A DNA stretch of 63,737 nucleotides, filler included, from Cercozoa sp. M6MM (Eukaryota; Protista; Endomyxa: Ascetosporea): the NCBI GenBank assembly GCA_040357565.1. It is 7 parts of 7 records of this genome, joined end to end, with 100 filler letters (N's around TTAATTAATTAA, not from the genome) between each part and the next. Parts side by side here need not be neighbours in the genome. Positions count along the whole stretch, not along the records: positions 39,673 to 52,787 come from JBDODJ010000365.1; positions 52,888 to 58,885 come from JBDODJ010000807.1; 5 more parts are not named here. One strand, written 5' to 3'. The notes below the pieces were generated by a model. It saw only the letters and a program-made list of their open reading frames with translations. It made no database searches and was not told the DNA's origin. This document shows, piece after piece, positions 41,925 to 54,364 of the stretch. The translations under genes and the position numbers were made by a program. Numbering within the stretch: position 1 is the first letter of the stretch; the number at the start of each line of letters is the position of its first letter.

Positions 41925-44900
41925 TCAGAAGGCGCGACCGAGTGCGGTGGACAGACGCGACGTATCAGCCACGGCGCAGATCTACAGCAATAGCCCTTAT
42001 TGTGGGCCATGCCACGAGGAGCAAATTGTGATTAACCTCGTTGTCGCGCATCATGACGGACTGCACAAAGCCCTTGGGACGGTCGGTTTCGTACACCGTG
42101 GCCTTGTAGCCGCGCTTCTCCAGGAACTTCATCAAGAAAGCGTCTTCATCGATGAGCTCGCGTTCCACCATGACACCGTCCACGTCTGCACCAAAAGACA
42201 AGTGGTAAATCCTCCTCGAAAAATAAGAGGTCAGGAGACAACGCTCCCGTACCAGCGAACTGCACAGCTTCGTTGCGACTCAGAATGCGACCAGCGTCAG
42301 TTGCAGTCTTGAGTGGCTGCAGCACATCAACATGCAGATGAACAAGATAGCTCGGAGCGGGGTACCTCATCAAAAAAGAGCACTCGCGTGAGAACGTTGA
42401 GGATCGTGCCCGGGATGCGCGCTGCACAGAAACCACGTCGTCCCAAGCAGACCGGGGACCAGGTCCAGATGGACAGCACAGGCAGAAAGAAAGGGTTGCT
42501 ACAGCCACCAGGCGAGCCAAGCGCGAGGAAGGGTCGTTCCTTGCCACTGTTGTCCATCTGGGTGGGGAGGGGGTAAGGAGGATAATGAGTGATGATAATG
42601 AGAATATGAGAACCACAGTAACGATAGTCGGAGCCATGCTGCTCAGCGGACGCTTGCTGCCGAAAGTGTCCTTATCTGCCATACATGACCACACATACAC
42701 ATGCATAGTGATACAGCGATACAGTGATCGATCAATGAGACTTGCACATGGTAGATACCGTCGCCCAGAGCTGTGCGACGACGGTAACGACCTCCGGCGG
42801 GACGGTTCAGCAAGAGTCGACCCTCGTTGTCCTTAGCGAGGGCGCTAAAAGCCAGCAGGCAAGGGTGAAAGGGTGGGGCGCAAAGGGAAGGACAAATAGA
42901 GAAGGCACGTGAAGTCGGTGAGCTCGTTGTTCAGCAGCAGTCCGAACTCAGGCACAACGATACCGGCACCCATGTTCTCCTCTACGCAGAAAAATTACAT
43001 CCACCAGTCAGTGATCAGTTAGCAAGTGGCACTCCCCGCAGTCAGTCAACACGTGTGTGTCTCAGTACCTAGAGTGGTAGTGGCCGACACGAGGTTGCCT
43101 TTCTCGTCTGCCACAACGAAGTGCGTCGTGCCACGCTTGCCCTGTCCATCGGGGGGGGGGGGGGCGGTAAAGAGGATCCAGGCTTAGAGAACATGTATAC
43201 CTCCTCGTGCATGACACCATGCGACTGATCGAGACCCGGCGGCACTTGCATGCCGTCCATGGCTGCCGAAAGGGTATAAGCAAAGGGCCAAGGGGCAAAG
43301 GGGAAGGGTAGCTTACCATTGGCAGCACCGGCACCGCCGACATAAGCACGCGCACGCTGCTGCAGGTAGTTCTTGTCCACGAGCTGCGCGACTGGCACAT
43401 CCTCGACGTCCGGGTCGGCCAGGTAGCTGTTGCGGTCGGCAAAGGCCACTGCGCAGCAAACAAGCGTGTCCACAGCAGAGACCCACGAGGCAGCAGGCAG
43501 TAGATACCGTCCTGCGCATCGACAAAGGCCGTCAGGAACTCGCGCGAATTAGAGGCAACAAAACTCGTCGTGTCCAGATTAGACAGCAACTCGGCCACCT
43601 GCGCGATCACAATGGAACCACCTGCACATGTGCAACACCGTCAAACACTTACACATGTGTTGACACGGACATGTAGTCCGAAAGAAGTCAAAAGTGACCA
43701 GATGGCGGTGGCGGCGCGTACACGAAGAACTCGCGCTCGTTGACGCTGAGTGCGACGCGAAGCGGCTCGCGTTCAACAGCCACGTAGTTCGCAAAGTCAT
43801 CCTGTGGAACATTGTCATTGACACTCACCTTCGTTGATACCTCAGCGACACTGAGTGATTAGTACCTCGGTCAGGAGTGAAGCACGGTCGGTCACCTGGT
43901 TGACACCGTCGACAGCGGTGCGCAGTATGGCAGTCGCCACCTCGCCTTTGTAGAACGCGTGCAGCAACTCATCCAGTGCCTGTGAGGTGGCAAGAGGATA
44001 ACACGATGAGGGAATACAGGGGGGGGGGGGGGGGGCCACACCTCCTCGGAGTCACCAAAGAAACGCTCAAGCAGCACGGCATGTCCTTCGTTGCGGAAGA
44101 TCTCGCCAATCTAAACATGTCGGTGTTAGATGGTCCATATGGACACATCACAGTGTTTCTTTACCTCTACCTTTGGCGCATCACCAGCTTCGTTGAGATA
44201 TAGCTCCTTGGCCGCTTCATCGCGACTGTAGACTCTCACATTGGAAACTCCGGGGAGGGGGGGGGGGGTAAGATTACCTCAGTCGCCAAGCGTTCTTGGA
44301 AATGCGATCGTGCAGCATGGGGTACATTGCGAAGCCTAACGTACAGAACCAGTCCGATGAAGACTCGTGACACCACATGAGAGATAGAATGCTACCTTCA
44401 CGGGCATAATTGAGTGCTGGTGCAGCGATCTGCTTCAGCGTCTGGGAAAGAGGGACAGGACATACGAACATAGTACATACGTACAGCATAGATATACCAA
44501 GGTGCCGTACTCTCGGTGCATACGAGCGAACATGGCAATCTGTTTAAGAGGTAGGACATACACACAGGTGCAGAAGCCAGTGTCCAACAGAGGTACCATT
44601 CCAGGCACGCCAACAGCACCACCACCAGTCTTGCGTTCATTGAATGGAATAGCCTGTGAATAGAGACAGGAGTGGGGGGGGGGGGGAGGGAGGGAGGGGC
44701 TAGTAATAACAGACCTTGTTGTGCAGACACTCGCACGGTGTCTCAGTGTTGCACACCTCCGTGGTACCACTGGTGTCGCAGAAGAAGTTACCCTGGGGGG
44801 GGGGGGCGGCGGTTGACAGAAGAAGGACAGGAAGGCAACACAAGGTACATGCAGAGCAGACGGCGCCTCCTCGCGTCCGTCGAAGGACCGAATTCCTGCC

Positions 44901-45821
44901 CAGCAAGCAGTAGTACCTCCTGCCAAACAAACAGATGTCAGCGCAAGGTACGGCCTTCCGAGTCGAACGAGATCACAAAGCCGCCACCGGCGAGACCAGT
45001 ACTCGTGGGTTGCACCACCTACGTCGGGTCACATAGCAGGTAGGGTCATATAGTAGGGTCACCAAGACAGAGTAGGGTCATATAGCAACACAATGTTACC
45101 GACAGGGCGAGTTGCACGGCAAAGGCGGCGTCATACGCGTTGCCACCCTGCGCCAGAATGTCGAGGCCGGCCTGCGTGGCTAGTTCGTTGGTGGTGCTGA
45201 CGGCACCCTGTCCAGACCCATATCGATAGTCCTCTCTACCAGCACGTTCTGCCCAGCACACTCTGGATACAGACACACACCTTTGTGCCCTTGCTGCCGC
45301 CGCACCAATCAGCTGTGGTATCGTTCTTGAGCTCTGGTCTGTACCGGGAGGGGGGGGGGGGGGTGCAGTTAAAAACAANNNNNNNNNNNNNNNNNNNNNN
45401 NNNNNNNNNNNNNNNNNNNNNNNNNNNNNNNNNNNNNNNNNNNNNNNNNNNNNNNNNNNNNNNNNNNNNNNNNNNNNNGGGGGGGGGTACAGTAACAAAC
45501 AAGCGTTGCTTGTAGAATTAGTACTTGTGCATAAAGATCACGCCGAGTCCAACACCAAGATTCACCAATAATAGCGTCGCGAACCTAAAACACCAAGAGA
45601 TTTTGAGACAACTCACGAAACAGCAGCAGGCAAGAAAAAGAACAGATCGCGCACATGTAGAACAGTCGCCTTCCCTCGCCATTGCGACCACCTGCGGTGC
45701 TGTTCGAGCTGCGCTGCCCGATCAGCTGCTCCTCCTCTGCCAGCATCTCAGCTCTCTGCTCTAGCAAAGCGCTCGTGCGCCAGTCGTCAACAGTGCAATG
45801 ATTCAAGATAAGAGCGACCAT
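41925..45821 (-). CDS. GGT: Gamma-glutamyltranspeptidase with N-terminal membrane anchor
   Basis: AGLDILAQGGNAYDAAFAV, STGLAGGGFV, FDGREEAP, AVGVPGMV, AFADRNSYLADP, HG|TTHFVVADEKGN (autocleavage Thr), GLLLNNELTDF, KRPLSSMAPT, LGSPGG, AVADTSR; spans a 100-N gap at 45379-45478. Confidence 0.93.
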
Positions 45822-46075
45822 CGTTTTTTCGCTACAATAAGAGTAGCCACTCGAGCTAACAAACGCAGCACGGTGCTCCGGTGTGTGCAGATGCACTAAT
45901 GCGACAGTTGGCACGTGCTACGCGTCGTTTCGCGTCGCGCGAGCATGCAGTGCCGGCTTCGCCGCGGAAGGCGTTGCAGGTATTTTGAGTGTTATTCTTA
46001 CGTTCTGTGAGCCTATGTGGTTGGCTGATACATTGAAACCATGTGATAGGGCGACCTAGTTTCACAGTGGGACCG

Positions 46076-46608
46076 ATGCGAGACCTGGCAGCACGTGCGC
46101 GAGCTCGAAATGTCGCTCGCGAGGAGGCGAGTCTCGCTAAGAAACCGTCCACTGACTGCGTGTCTTCACGCTGTCTATGTACCTTGTTAATTCAACGGGG
46201 CTGGGTGTAAGGGTTGATGGAAGGCACACATGTACAGCGCATCTCGGACGAGGCCGGCGCTCTCGAGTTCTACGCACAGCGACGGCGCCTGCAGCAGCGC
46301 ACGTCTACTTTTGATCGAGAGGTGACTCTACTTGGCTACACTTGATATCCGTCCTTTTGTGCGGTCCAAATGTGTTCCGTCTTGTGTGCAGATTAAGGGA
46401 GTCTTTGTTGCCTCGTCGCCAACGGCACTGCGCAACTTTTTGGATGAACTGTATGTGTGTGCCTGACTGTCCGTCCATTGTGTTGATCCTATATTGTGAT
46501 ACTACCTCTGTCGGTACAGACCCGAGAGAAACCTTAATTTGGACGAGCGGCGACGTTTCTTAAATGCCACGCGACAGGCACTCGTGTGCTTCCGCGAGGA
46601 TGCCACCA

Positions 46609-46694
<86 letters not shown>

Positions 46695-49600
46695 CGTGAC
46701 CCGTGTTCTCTCTGCAGGTGCACGGCGACAGTGCCGTGCAGGCGAGGGATCTGCGCAACGCGAGTATTTTGTTGTCGCGTGCTGTGCGGCGATTGCTCTC
46801 ACATGAAGACGTCCAACATGGTACCCTACCTCTCATGCCTTATCCTTTACCCCCTACTCTAACCCCTACCCTTCGACGCTGCCCCTTATTTTACTTCCAT
46901 CAGTAGAACTGCAGCTGCACGAACTGAGTGGCGCTGTGTTCACACTGCGACAGGCCAGTGAGTATCTTGGTGAGGCCAAGGAAACCACATCGCCTGCCGA
47001 GACTGCGCACGTCAGATATGCCGTCGAGATGCTCGTTGGTGCGGCGAGACACTGCATGCGGCAGTTGCAGTTGGTGCCCCTTCCCCATTTACCCCCCTCC
47101 CCAGCGTTAGACCTTCAACATCCCCGTTACGTCTTTAGACCCCTGTTACCCTTTACCCGTATACTCTCCCCTCTGATCAGTACGCGTCGCATGACGACAC
47201 GCAGCGCCGCACGAGTCGACTACTGCACAGTGCCAGTACAGTTCTGAGCGTATGTGAGGACGTCGCTCAGACTGTGCAGTTGGTACCATAGTATACGAGA
47301 CGTGTGAGTACGCAAGTAAGGGAATGACTGTGCCTGAGTAGCATCAGATGGACGGCTCGCGACTTGCGCATGTCACTCACGGCTTTGTCCAACTGCTTCA
47401 TAATGTACACTGTCCCTTAAGGGGGAGGGTAAGGGCAAGGATACCATCCTCTGGTTGTAGCTGCAACAAGGCAACGTAGCACTGCAGACGCTGCGTGTGC
47501 TCTCGGGCGGCACTGTCGAATCCAACTGTGCGTTTCTCTTCTCTGCCCCGTCTGCGTAGACGTGTGGTGATCAACTGGGTCTGCGTAGATTCAACTACGT
47601 GGCCATTCGGTGCGTTGGCACGTGTCGCCACTGGTGCACGTGTCACTGGCTACGATCCCTCCCTGCCAGTGGACGCTGTGCTGAGCAACCTCCGTTTGTC
47701 GGACCAGTCGGTATAGTTGCGTGTGCACCAGGAGTAAAAGGAGGGGGGGGGGGTAGACTAGGGGTAAGAGGAGGTGTGTAGCACCAGTGCTCCATGCTGA
47801 CACGTCTGCTTACTGACGTGGTCGACAACACCCTGCTTGTGCCAGAAACCATCACTGCTGCACTGGACCGTCTCAGCACGTGTGGTACTTTCTCTCACAC
47901 CCTCCACCCACCAACCCCATTATGCACGTGGCATGTGACCACACGCACAGTGACTGCAAGCGGCGACGACTGGGACTGCCAGTTGCGACACGTGCCGAGT
48001 GCGACGCTCGCCAGTGCGCTGGTGCAGGCACGTGTGCGACTGGCGGCACGGCCGCTGCGTGTGCTGCTGCAGGACGCGGACGCACATGGGTATCACCCAT
48101 ACCCACATGCCCCATACTCGCCATACCCTCCGTTGCTGTCCACCTTCGCCCTACTATTCTTATGCAAAGTGTCGACTCGGTGCCGCACAAGCGCATGGCA
48201 GAGACGGCGTTCTTTGCGCTGAAGCACGTGATGGAAGTGGTGGCACGTGGCACCTTTGCACTCAGCGAGTCAAACAGGGACTACTCACTGGGTACACACA
48301 CACACACATACACACACATGCATATTTTCCTGTTATTAATGGCACGGGGGGTACGTATGGCTGTCCGCAGGGGTGCTGTCGGAACTGCACGAGGCACTGC
48401 GCGACGCACTGGCTGTGCTGCGACTGTGCGACCCGCACGCGCACCTAGGCGACGATCACTATGACGGTCGCTCTCTGATCGATCCGAGTGACCACCGTGG
48501 CGAGTGGTGGACGCACTCGCCACTGGCGCGTGTCTTTGATCGCATGTGCGTGCCACTGCAGCGATCGCTGCGCACGCTGGCGGAGCAGGCGGCGGCTTTC
48601 ACGGCCGTGCTGCACCTGTCGCGCCGGCCTTTGCAGGCTGCTGCGGTGTTTACCCATGTTACCCTCCCCATGTTACCCTCTCCCCATGTTACCGTCCTCC
48701 CCTGTTACCCCCTCTTACTCCTTTACCCCTCCGCTGTTGCCCATGCTATTCCAGACACAGACGATGCGAGAAGTAAATCAACTGGAACAGGAGTTCTTCC
48801 GCACTCCCTTATGTCAGTATGTTTGTACTGTCCTACTTGCAACCGAAGCTGGTACATTTGTACCGGTCGTACCTCGCAGGGAGACGTATGAGCCACGGTA
48901 TCCACGTGCGGCCTATTGCCTGGTCAGAAGGGTAGGCTTGTGTTTGTGCCTGTGCCTGCCTTGTACCCACCGGTACCCGTCCCTTCCCCATGACAGGTGG
49001 TCCAAGCCATCGATGCCGTCGTTATTGCCGACGGGCGAAAGGGACGTCTGCGGTTCTCGCACGCCGAACTGCGGCGTTTCGTGCGAAGTCACCACTGCGT
49101 GCACGCTGACCTGTCACCCAGGTAATCTACTACCAGCCTGGTCTGTCGTACGGCCTTACCCCCCCCCCCCCGCGCAGCAACCCGTGGACGGCAGGCGGCA
49201 ACGTACTGTGCTCTGTGCTGCGTGCCGTGTTCCTGGAGAGGCGGCATCACAGGCGACCACACGACACGGCGGCACTCATGGTGGCAGTACAGGAGTCACT
49301 GCGCCACCTGCGAGACTCTGCGTCACTGGGCACCGACATTAGCATCGACATCGACCCTGATAGGACGCACGTGCCCGTTGGTCGCAGTGACGGTGCCACT
49401 GACACTGACACGGACACTGACACTAGCACTGACACCAGTGCTGACACTAGCGCTGATACTAGTGCTGGCACTGGCACTGGCACTGACACCGTCGTCTCCA
49501 GTGACGACGACACTGCTGCCACGTGGCAGCGCATGTTCGACCCGCGGCATCAATACCGCCATCTGGTCCCACTACTCCCATGTTACCCACTACCCATGTA

Positions 49601-50845
49601 CCTTTGTACTCCGCCCTACAGACCGCGGAATCGGTGCCCTTTGTGGAGCGTATGCTGCGCCGATTCATCCGACAGCAGAGCGTGTCGCACTCGCGCGTCA
49701 CTGAGGCACGCGAGCGCCGACTGAGTCTGCTGCGCGCACACGCCAGTGCGCAGAACAGCACGCAGACCTACGGCGCCAGTGACACCGTCAGTGATACGAA
49801 GTCGCACGTGCCAAGGATCCCGACTCAGCACAGTCGGAGCGATCGCACCGTCCCTGCAGTGACCGACACGTTGTTCGACACGACGGAACGGTATGCGCTG
49901 GTGCACCGTCTGCGCGGTCAGGACGACGCCGTGCGCTACGGACTCTTTCGTCTGCCTGCGTTGCAGCACGCTCCCAAGGTACTCCGTGCCTGTCTTCACC
50001 CTGTATTGCCGGCACCCCCCCCCCTGTATCGTGTTATTCGATAGAACGAATTGAGAAGAGTACGTGAGACACGCAAGGTGCTGCGCCGTCTGATTGACAC
50101 ATGCGTGCCGCTCGGTATATCCTACCTCTATCCCTGTCCGTGTAAACAAGCCTTCGCCTTACAGTTTGTCACGACGATGCCTTGGTGCGTGAGATGCGGA
50201 GCACGCTGCTACGAACATTGAGGGTATTTTCATAGACATAGAGAGTCGTCTCTCTGACTGCTGATTGATTTACCTTCCTTCGACAGGTGCTGGCGCGGCA
50301 CGAACAGCACGTGGCGTCGTCGCAGAGCGCAGCGCACTCGCCGCAGCAGCAGCTGCAGTCGCTGGTGCCCGAGGACCGACTGGTGTGCGACTGGCTTGGA
50401 CGTCAGTGGGCAGCGGCTCTGGCCATGGCACTCTGCACCGACTTATCGCAGATGCAGGAGCGTAATTGGTGGCCGCGTCTGGCCTCTCACCTCGGTCTGT
50501 CGGCCAGGAGGTACCCCCCCTCCCGCCTACGCTCTGACTCTTGAATCCCGTCGTCTGCAGGAATCGACACCGCTCTCGTATAGCCCGTGGTATTGGCAGT
50601 GGTGTGCCCACGGACCCAGATGCCGATTTGATGACGCTGTACTTGCAGAAAGACGTGGGAACTGTACCACTTCTATCTAACTCTGTGAGGTTGCCCCATC
50701 CTTCTTTGTTGTGCTGTGCTAGGTGTCCAGCGTCTCACGACAGGTGCTCAACGACGAAGCGCTGTGCGACGCTCTGCTAGATGTGCTTCGCGCGTGTGGC
50801 GGCAGGCACACGCTCCGTTTGTCAACACAGCTCGAAGCGCAATAA
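46076..50845 (+). CDS. Large unknown multi-exon protein
   Basis: Roughly 20 or more plus-strand exons from MRDLAARARARN to ...STQLEAQ*; no confident family assignment. Confidence 0.5.
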
Positions 50846-50888
50846 GTCGGCGCTTAGGGTTTTCAAATTTATCCGAGCGTTAGGTGTG

Positions 50889-52700
50889 ATGAAACGCGAG
50901 AAACTTTGGTTACGCGACCGCAACAACGCAAAAGTAGAACTAGTTTGCCAAAAGCGGTTAAGGGTGGGTACAGCAAAACGTCGATTCTGCCAGAGCGGCT
51001 GGGGGTGGCTGATCGATACAGGATCAATACAGCCTGGAAGTTGTTTAAAACGGCCAGCGATCAGATGCCCACAGAGCAGCGAACTGCTCGTGAAGTTCTT
51101 TTAGTTACGATTGTGTTACCTTTCTGCGTCTAGTGTTACTTCACACGAAAACTCTCGAGTTATCGGCCAACAAGTTTGCGCTTTTATCCAGTCATGCTTC
51201 GCGGAATGCAAAGCACGAGACGAGCGTCGGTGGCTCTGTCAAAGAGCCCACTCCTTGGTGCCCAGGGCAGCCGCAGTGTTACTGCAGACGTCTTCCAGGA
51301 GCGACGCGATACTGCGTTGCTGAAAGAGCTGCGTTCACTCCCGCCTCCGACGCTGTCAAGTATCCGTGAGCACAAGGACGCCAAGGTGCTTGACGTGACT
51401 TCGTTCAGAAACACAGCTGCCTATGCATTTCGGGTGAAACGATTTGTTGAGCAGCTACTGTCCAGAGATCCAGTGGAGGTACATTTATTTGACTTGATCT
51501 TCGGTGTGAGTAATATTGTCTATGCCACTGCAGTCGGAGGCAGCAATCGCTATCGCGTTCTACCAGATGTACCTCCTCAAGATTAACAAAGCCTCGTCGC
51601 AGGCGGTGGCTTGGGAAACTGCCCTGCTGTCTGCCCTCAAGCACGCGTGCGAGAGCCCCCAAGGTATCGTTACCGCAGGTTCTGCATGCCGCTGTTGTGC
51701 AGCTTTTTGCATGCAAACTTCTGAGCAGCCCAAGAGTCCCAGCGACTGATGCTGGAGACTGCACAGAGTGGTGTTTGGAACATGCTGGTCAAGCGACGTA
51801 GGTATAGTACTCAACGCTTATATCTCGTGTGCCTGTGTCTGCATTCGTTGACTTGTTTTGCGTCGATGCAGCAACTACGCGCGCAGTATCGTTCGAGATT
51901 TGATGATGCAGTCGTCGCACGGACGTTTGCCGATGGCAGTGCTGTCTTTCTTGCGTTTGGCGTAACACCTTTTAAAACTTGTTTGCGTGATCACTTGAAG
52001 AGTTTGTGCACGACATCGATACGTGTTTTGTGCCTCGCAGAATGCGAACCGACACTACCATCGATCCTGAGCGCTACTACCTGAGAAACGGGCCAACGCA
52101 TAGGTATATTTAAACTTGCCTAGCCATCTCGTTGGTTTAAATTGCAGTTTTTGTTTTGCGCAGCAAAGCTATGGACAAGGTGAACCGTGCCACTGCTATT
52201 GTTAAGAGGCGTATTCATCGGTACATCCTGTTTCTCTCGCTTGTTTGGAATGTGTGGGAAAAGATAATCTCGAAGTACGTGATGCGTGTGTTTCCAAACA
52301 GTCGCTCGCAAGCGAAGCAGCGACGGCCAGTGGCGAAGCAAATGTCGTTGCGAGCGACGCCTGTGCCTCACAAATCGAAACTTGAAGAAACGCTACTTCA
52401 GCAACCTGTCAAGGCAGAGGCGCAAGCCGCTCCTCAGTCGACCCCGCAGAAACAGAGGCCGAAAACAACTTTAGTCTCGTCGAACGCCACTGTCACCGAG
52501 CATGTCACGAAGAACGGCAAGCTCGCACTTCACCGCCCCGCTCGTTTGCATGTTGTGGAGCAAGAAGACGCTCGCGACAAATTGTACCCAAAAAACCGAT
52601 CGCCGCGCTCTAAGTTTCTGCGGTGGTTGCACTGAGTTTTGTTTTTCAACACAACAGTAGTACTCGACTTGGTTGGCATCAGCTGTAGTACCACAGTTCT
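50889..52700 (+). CDS. Hypothetical multi-exon protein(s)
   Basis: ORF segments 51176-51586, 51516-51749, 52156-52635 with apparent splice sites; basic C-terminal part. Confidence 0.35.
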
Positions 52701-52887
52701 GAGTTGTTGTTGCCAACCGGCTCGTCTTGGCTCGACATGATGATGTGCGCACTGCAGAGTACAAAAAATATGAGCTCAGGCTCGCAGNNNNNNNNNNNNN
52801 NNNNNNNNNNNNNNNNNNNNNNNNNNNNNNNTTAATTAATTAANNNNNNNNNNNNNNNNNNNNNNNNNNNNNNNNNNNNNNNNNNNN

Positions 52888-52934
<47 letters not shown>

Positions 52935-52940
52935 GAACTA

Positions 52941-53858
52941 CCCTCCGATCGAACGAGTCGCAACGTCTGCTCGACGTTCTCCTCCACTGGCTCCTGTCAG
53001 GTCACAGGTCACAGCAGGTCACAGGTCACAGGTCAAGTCACGACTGAAAGCTCAACGAAACCGAACTTAAATGAAAGCTCAAATCAAAAACAACAACAAA
53101 AAACAATAACAAACAAAAACTAGGAAAAACCAAAGAAGCGAAACACAAGAAAAAAACGAAAAAAAACAAAGGCACCCAATTCTGCAGCTCATCGGAAAAA
53201 CGCGTCACACGAACGCCCGATGTCACGTTCAGCACAACTGCACACACACACACACATTGACATTCTTACCCCCACCCCTACCCCCCACCCCGAATGGCAG
53301 CAACGCACTCTTGTTCAAATCGCGTCGCGACGCTTCAAACGGCGTCAGTTTTTTGCTTTTGGCCGCGTTTCGCTGTGTCACACAAACAACAGGGAGTGGG
53401 ACAATAGGGCCTTGGAGGGGTTAAAGGGAGCAAAGGGAGAGATAAAAGGGAGTAGAACACGGCAGGCTACCTCAGCCTCAAGAAGCCAGCGTCGCAGGAA
53501 AAACACGGTAGAATCGCGGCCTCTCAGGTGCGCACCTTTAACCAAAAGCAAAAACACACAATCACTGACTAAACCTTGAGGTCTGCAGAGAAACGCACCG
53601 GCCGGCAGCATCAGTTCGGCCAGTGAATCTGGCGAGAATCCCGTGGCATGGGGGTACTGCACAGCAGGACTCGAATACAATCCAATCCAGTCGCAGTCGC
53701 AGTCCGGTCCAGTCAGTTTACCTGGTGTTTCAGTGTCGAACCCTTGTCAATGTCGAACTCGGACAGCAAAACAAAGTCGCAGTTCTGCGACGATCTGCCA
53801 CCGAAAAGACCATAAAACACGCAAAATCAGCGCACATCCACGTCCGCGCGGACAACAT
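52941..53858 (-). CDS. Afi1/MesA-like uDENN protein, 3'-truncated
   Basis: Spliced N-terminus FVLLSEFDIDKGSTLKHQ-YPHATGFSPDSLAELMLP-GAHLRGRDSTVFFL matches the Afi1 N-terminal domain pattern (EFDIDKGS..QYP..LAELMLPDGAH.R..D.TVFFL). Confidence 0.8.
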
Positions 53859-54364
53859 GCACACATGCAAGTCAAGTCAAGGCACACATCTTAGTTTGAC
53901 GCACCCAGGCATGTCCACAATGACCACTCACACTCTCACGCTGTCTCCACAATCGATCGTCTCTCGGTACAGTAAGTGAAAATACAGCATTGTCAAAAGG
54001 GATCTGGTTAAGTGTGCGTCAGACCAGCGCCGTCGCTGAATATTAATCGCACTGTAGACATCGTTTAGACACGAAAACATGCCTGGATGTCTAAGTAGGA
54101 TGTGGCACGTGCAAATCATTCGGAGATGATGAGATCTGTCATCTCCGGCGCTGCGTTTCGGTGTTTGCCGCGATTTGTCGGGGTTTCGCGTCGAAAGTCC
54201 AAAAAGTGCATCCAACTGCTTCAAAGTGCATTTGTTTTGATTTGCAAACTGCAGCTAAAGGAGTCAAGTCAGTTGACACAGTTCAGCCCAGTCGCTCCGT
54301 CGTGGTTTAAATTAGTCACACAACACCTGTCCAAATCCCACCAGGTCGGTATCGCAGTCCGTTC

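Noticed and set aside
46076-50845. Possible Codanin-1 or TBC1D32 similarity
   Set aside because: Only a few residues resemble remembered motifs; cannot be supported without an HMM search.
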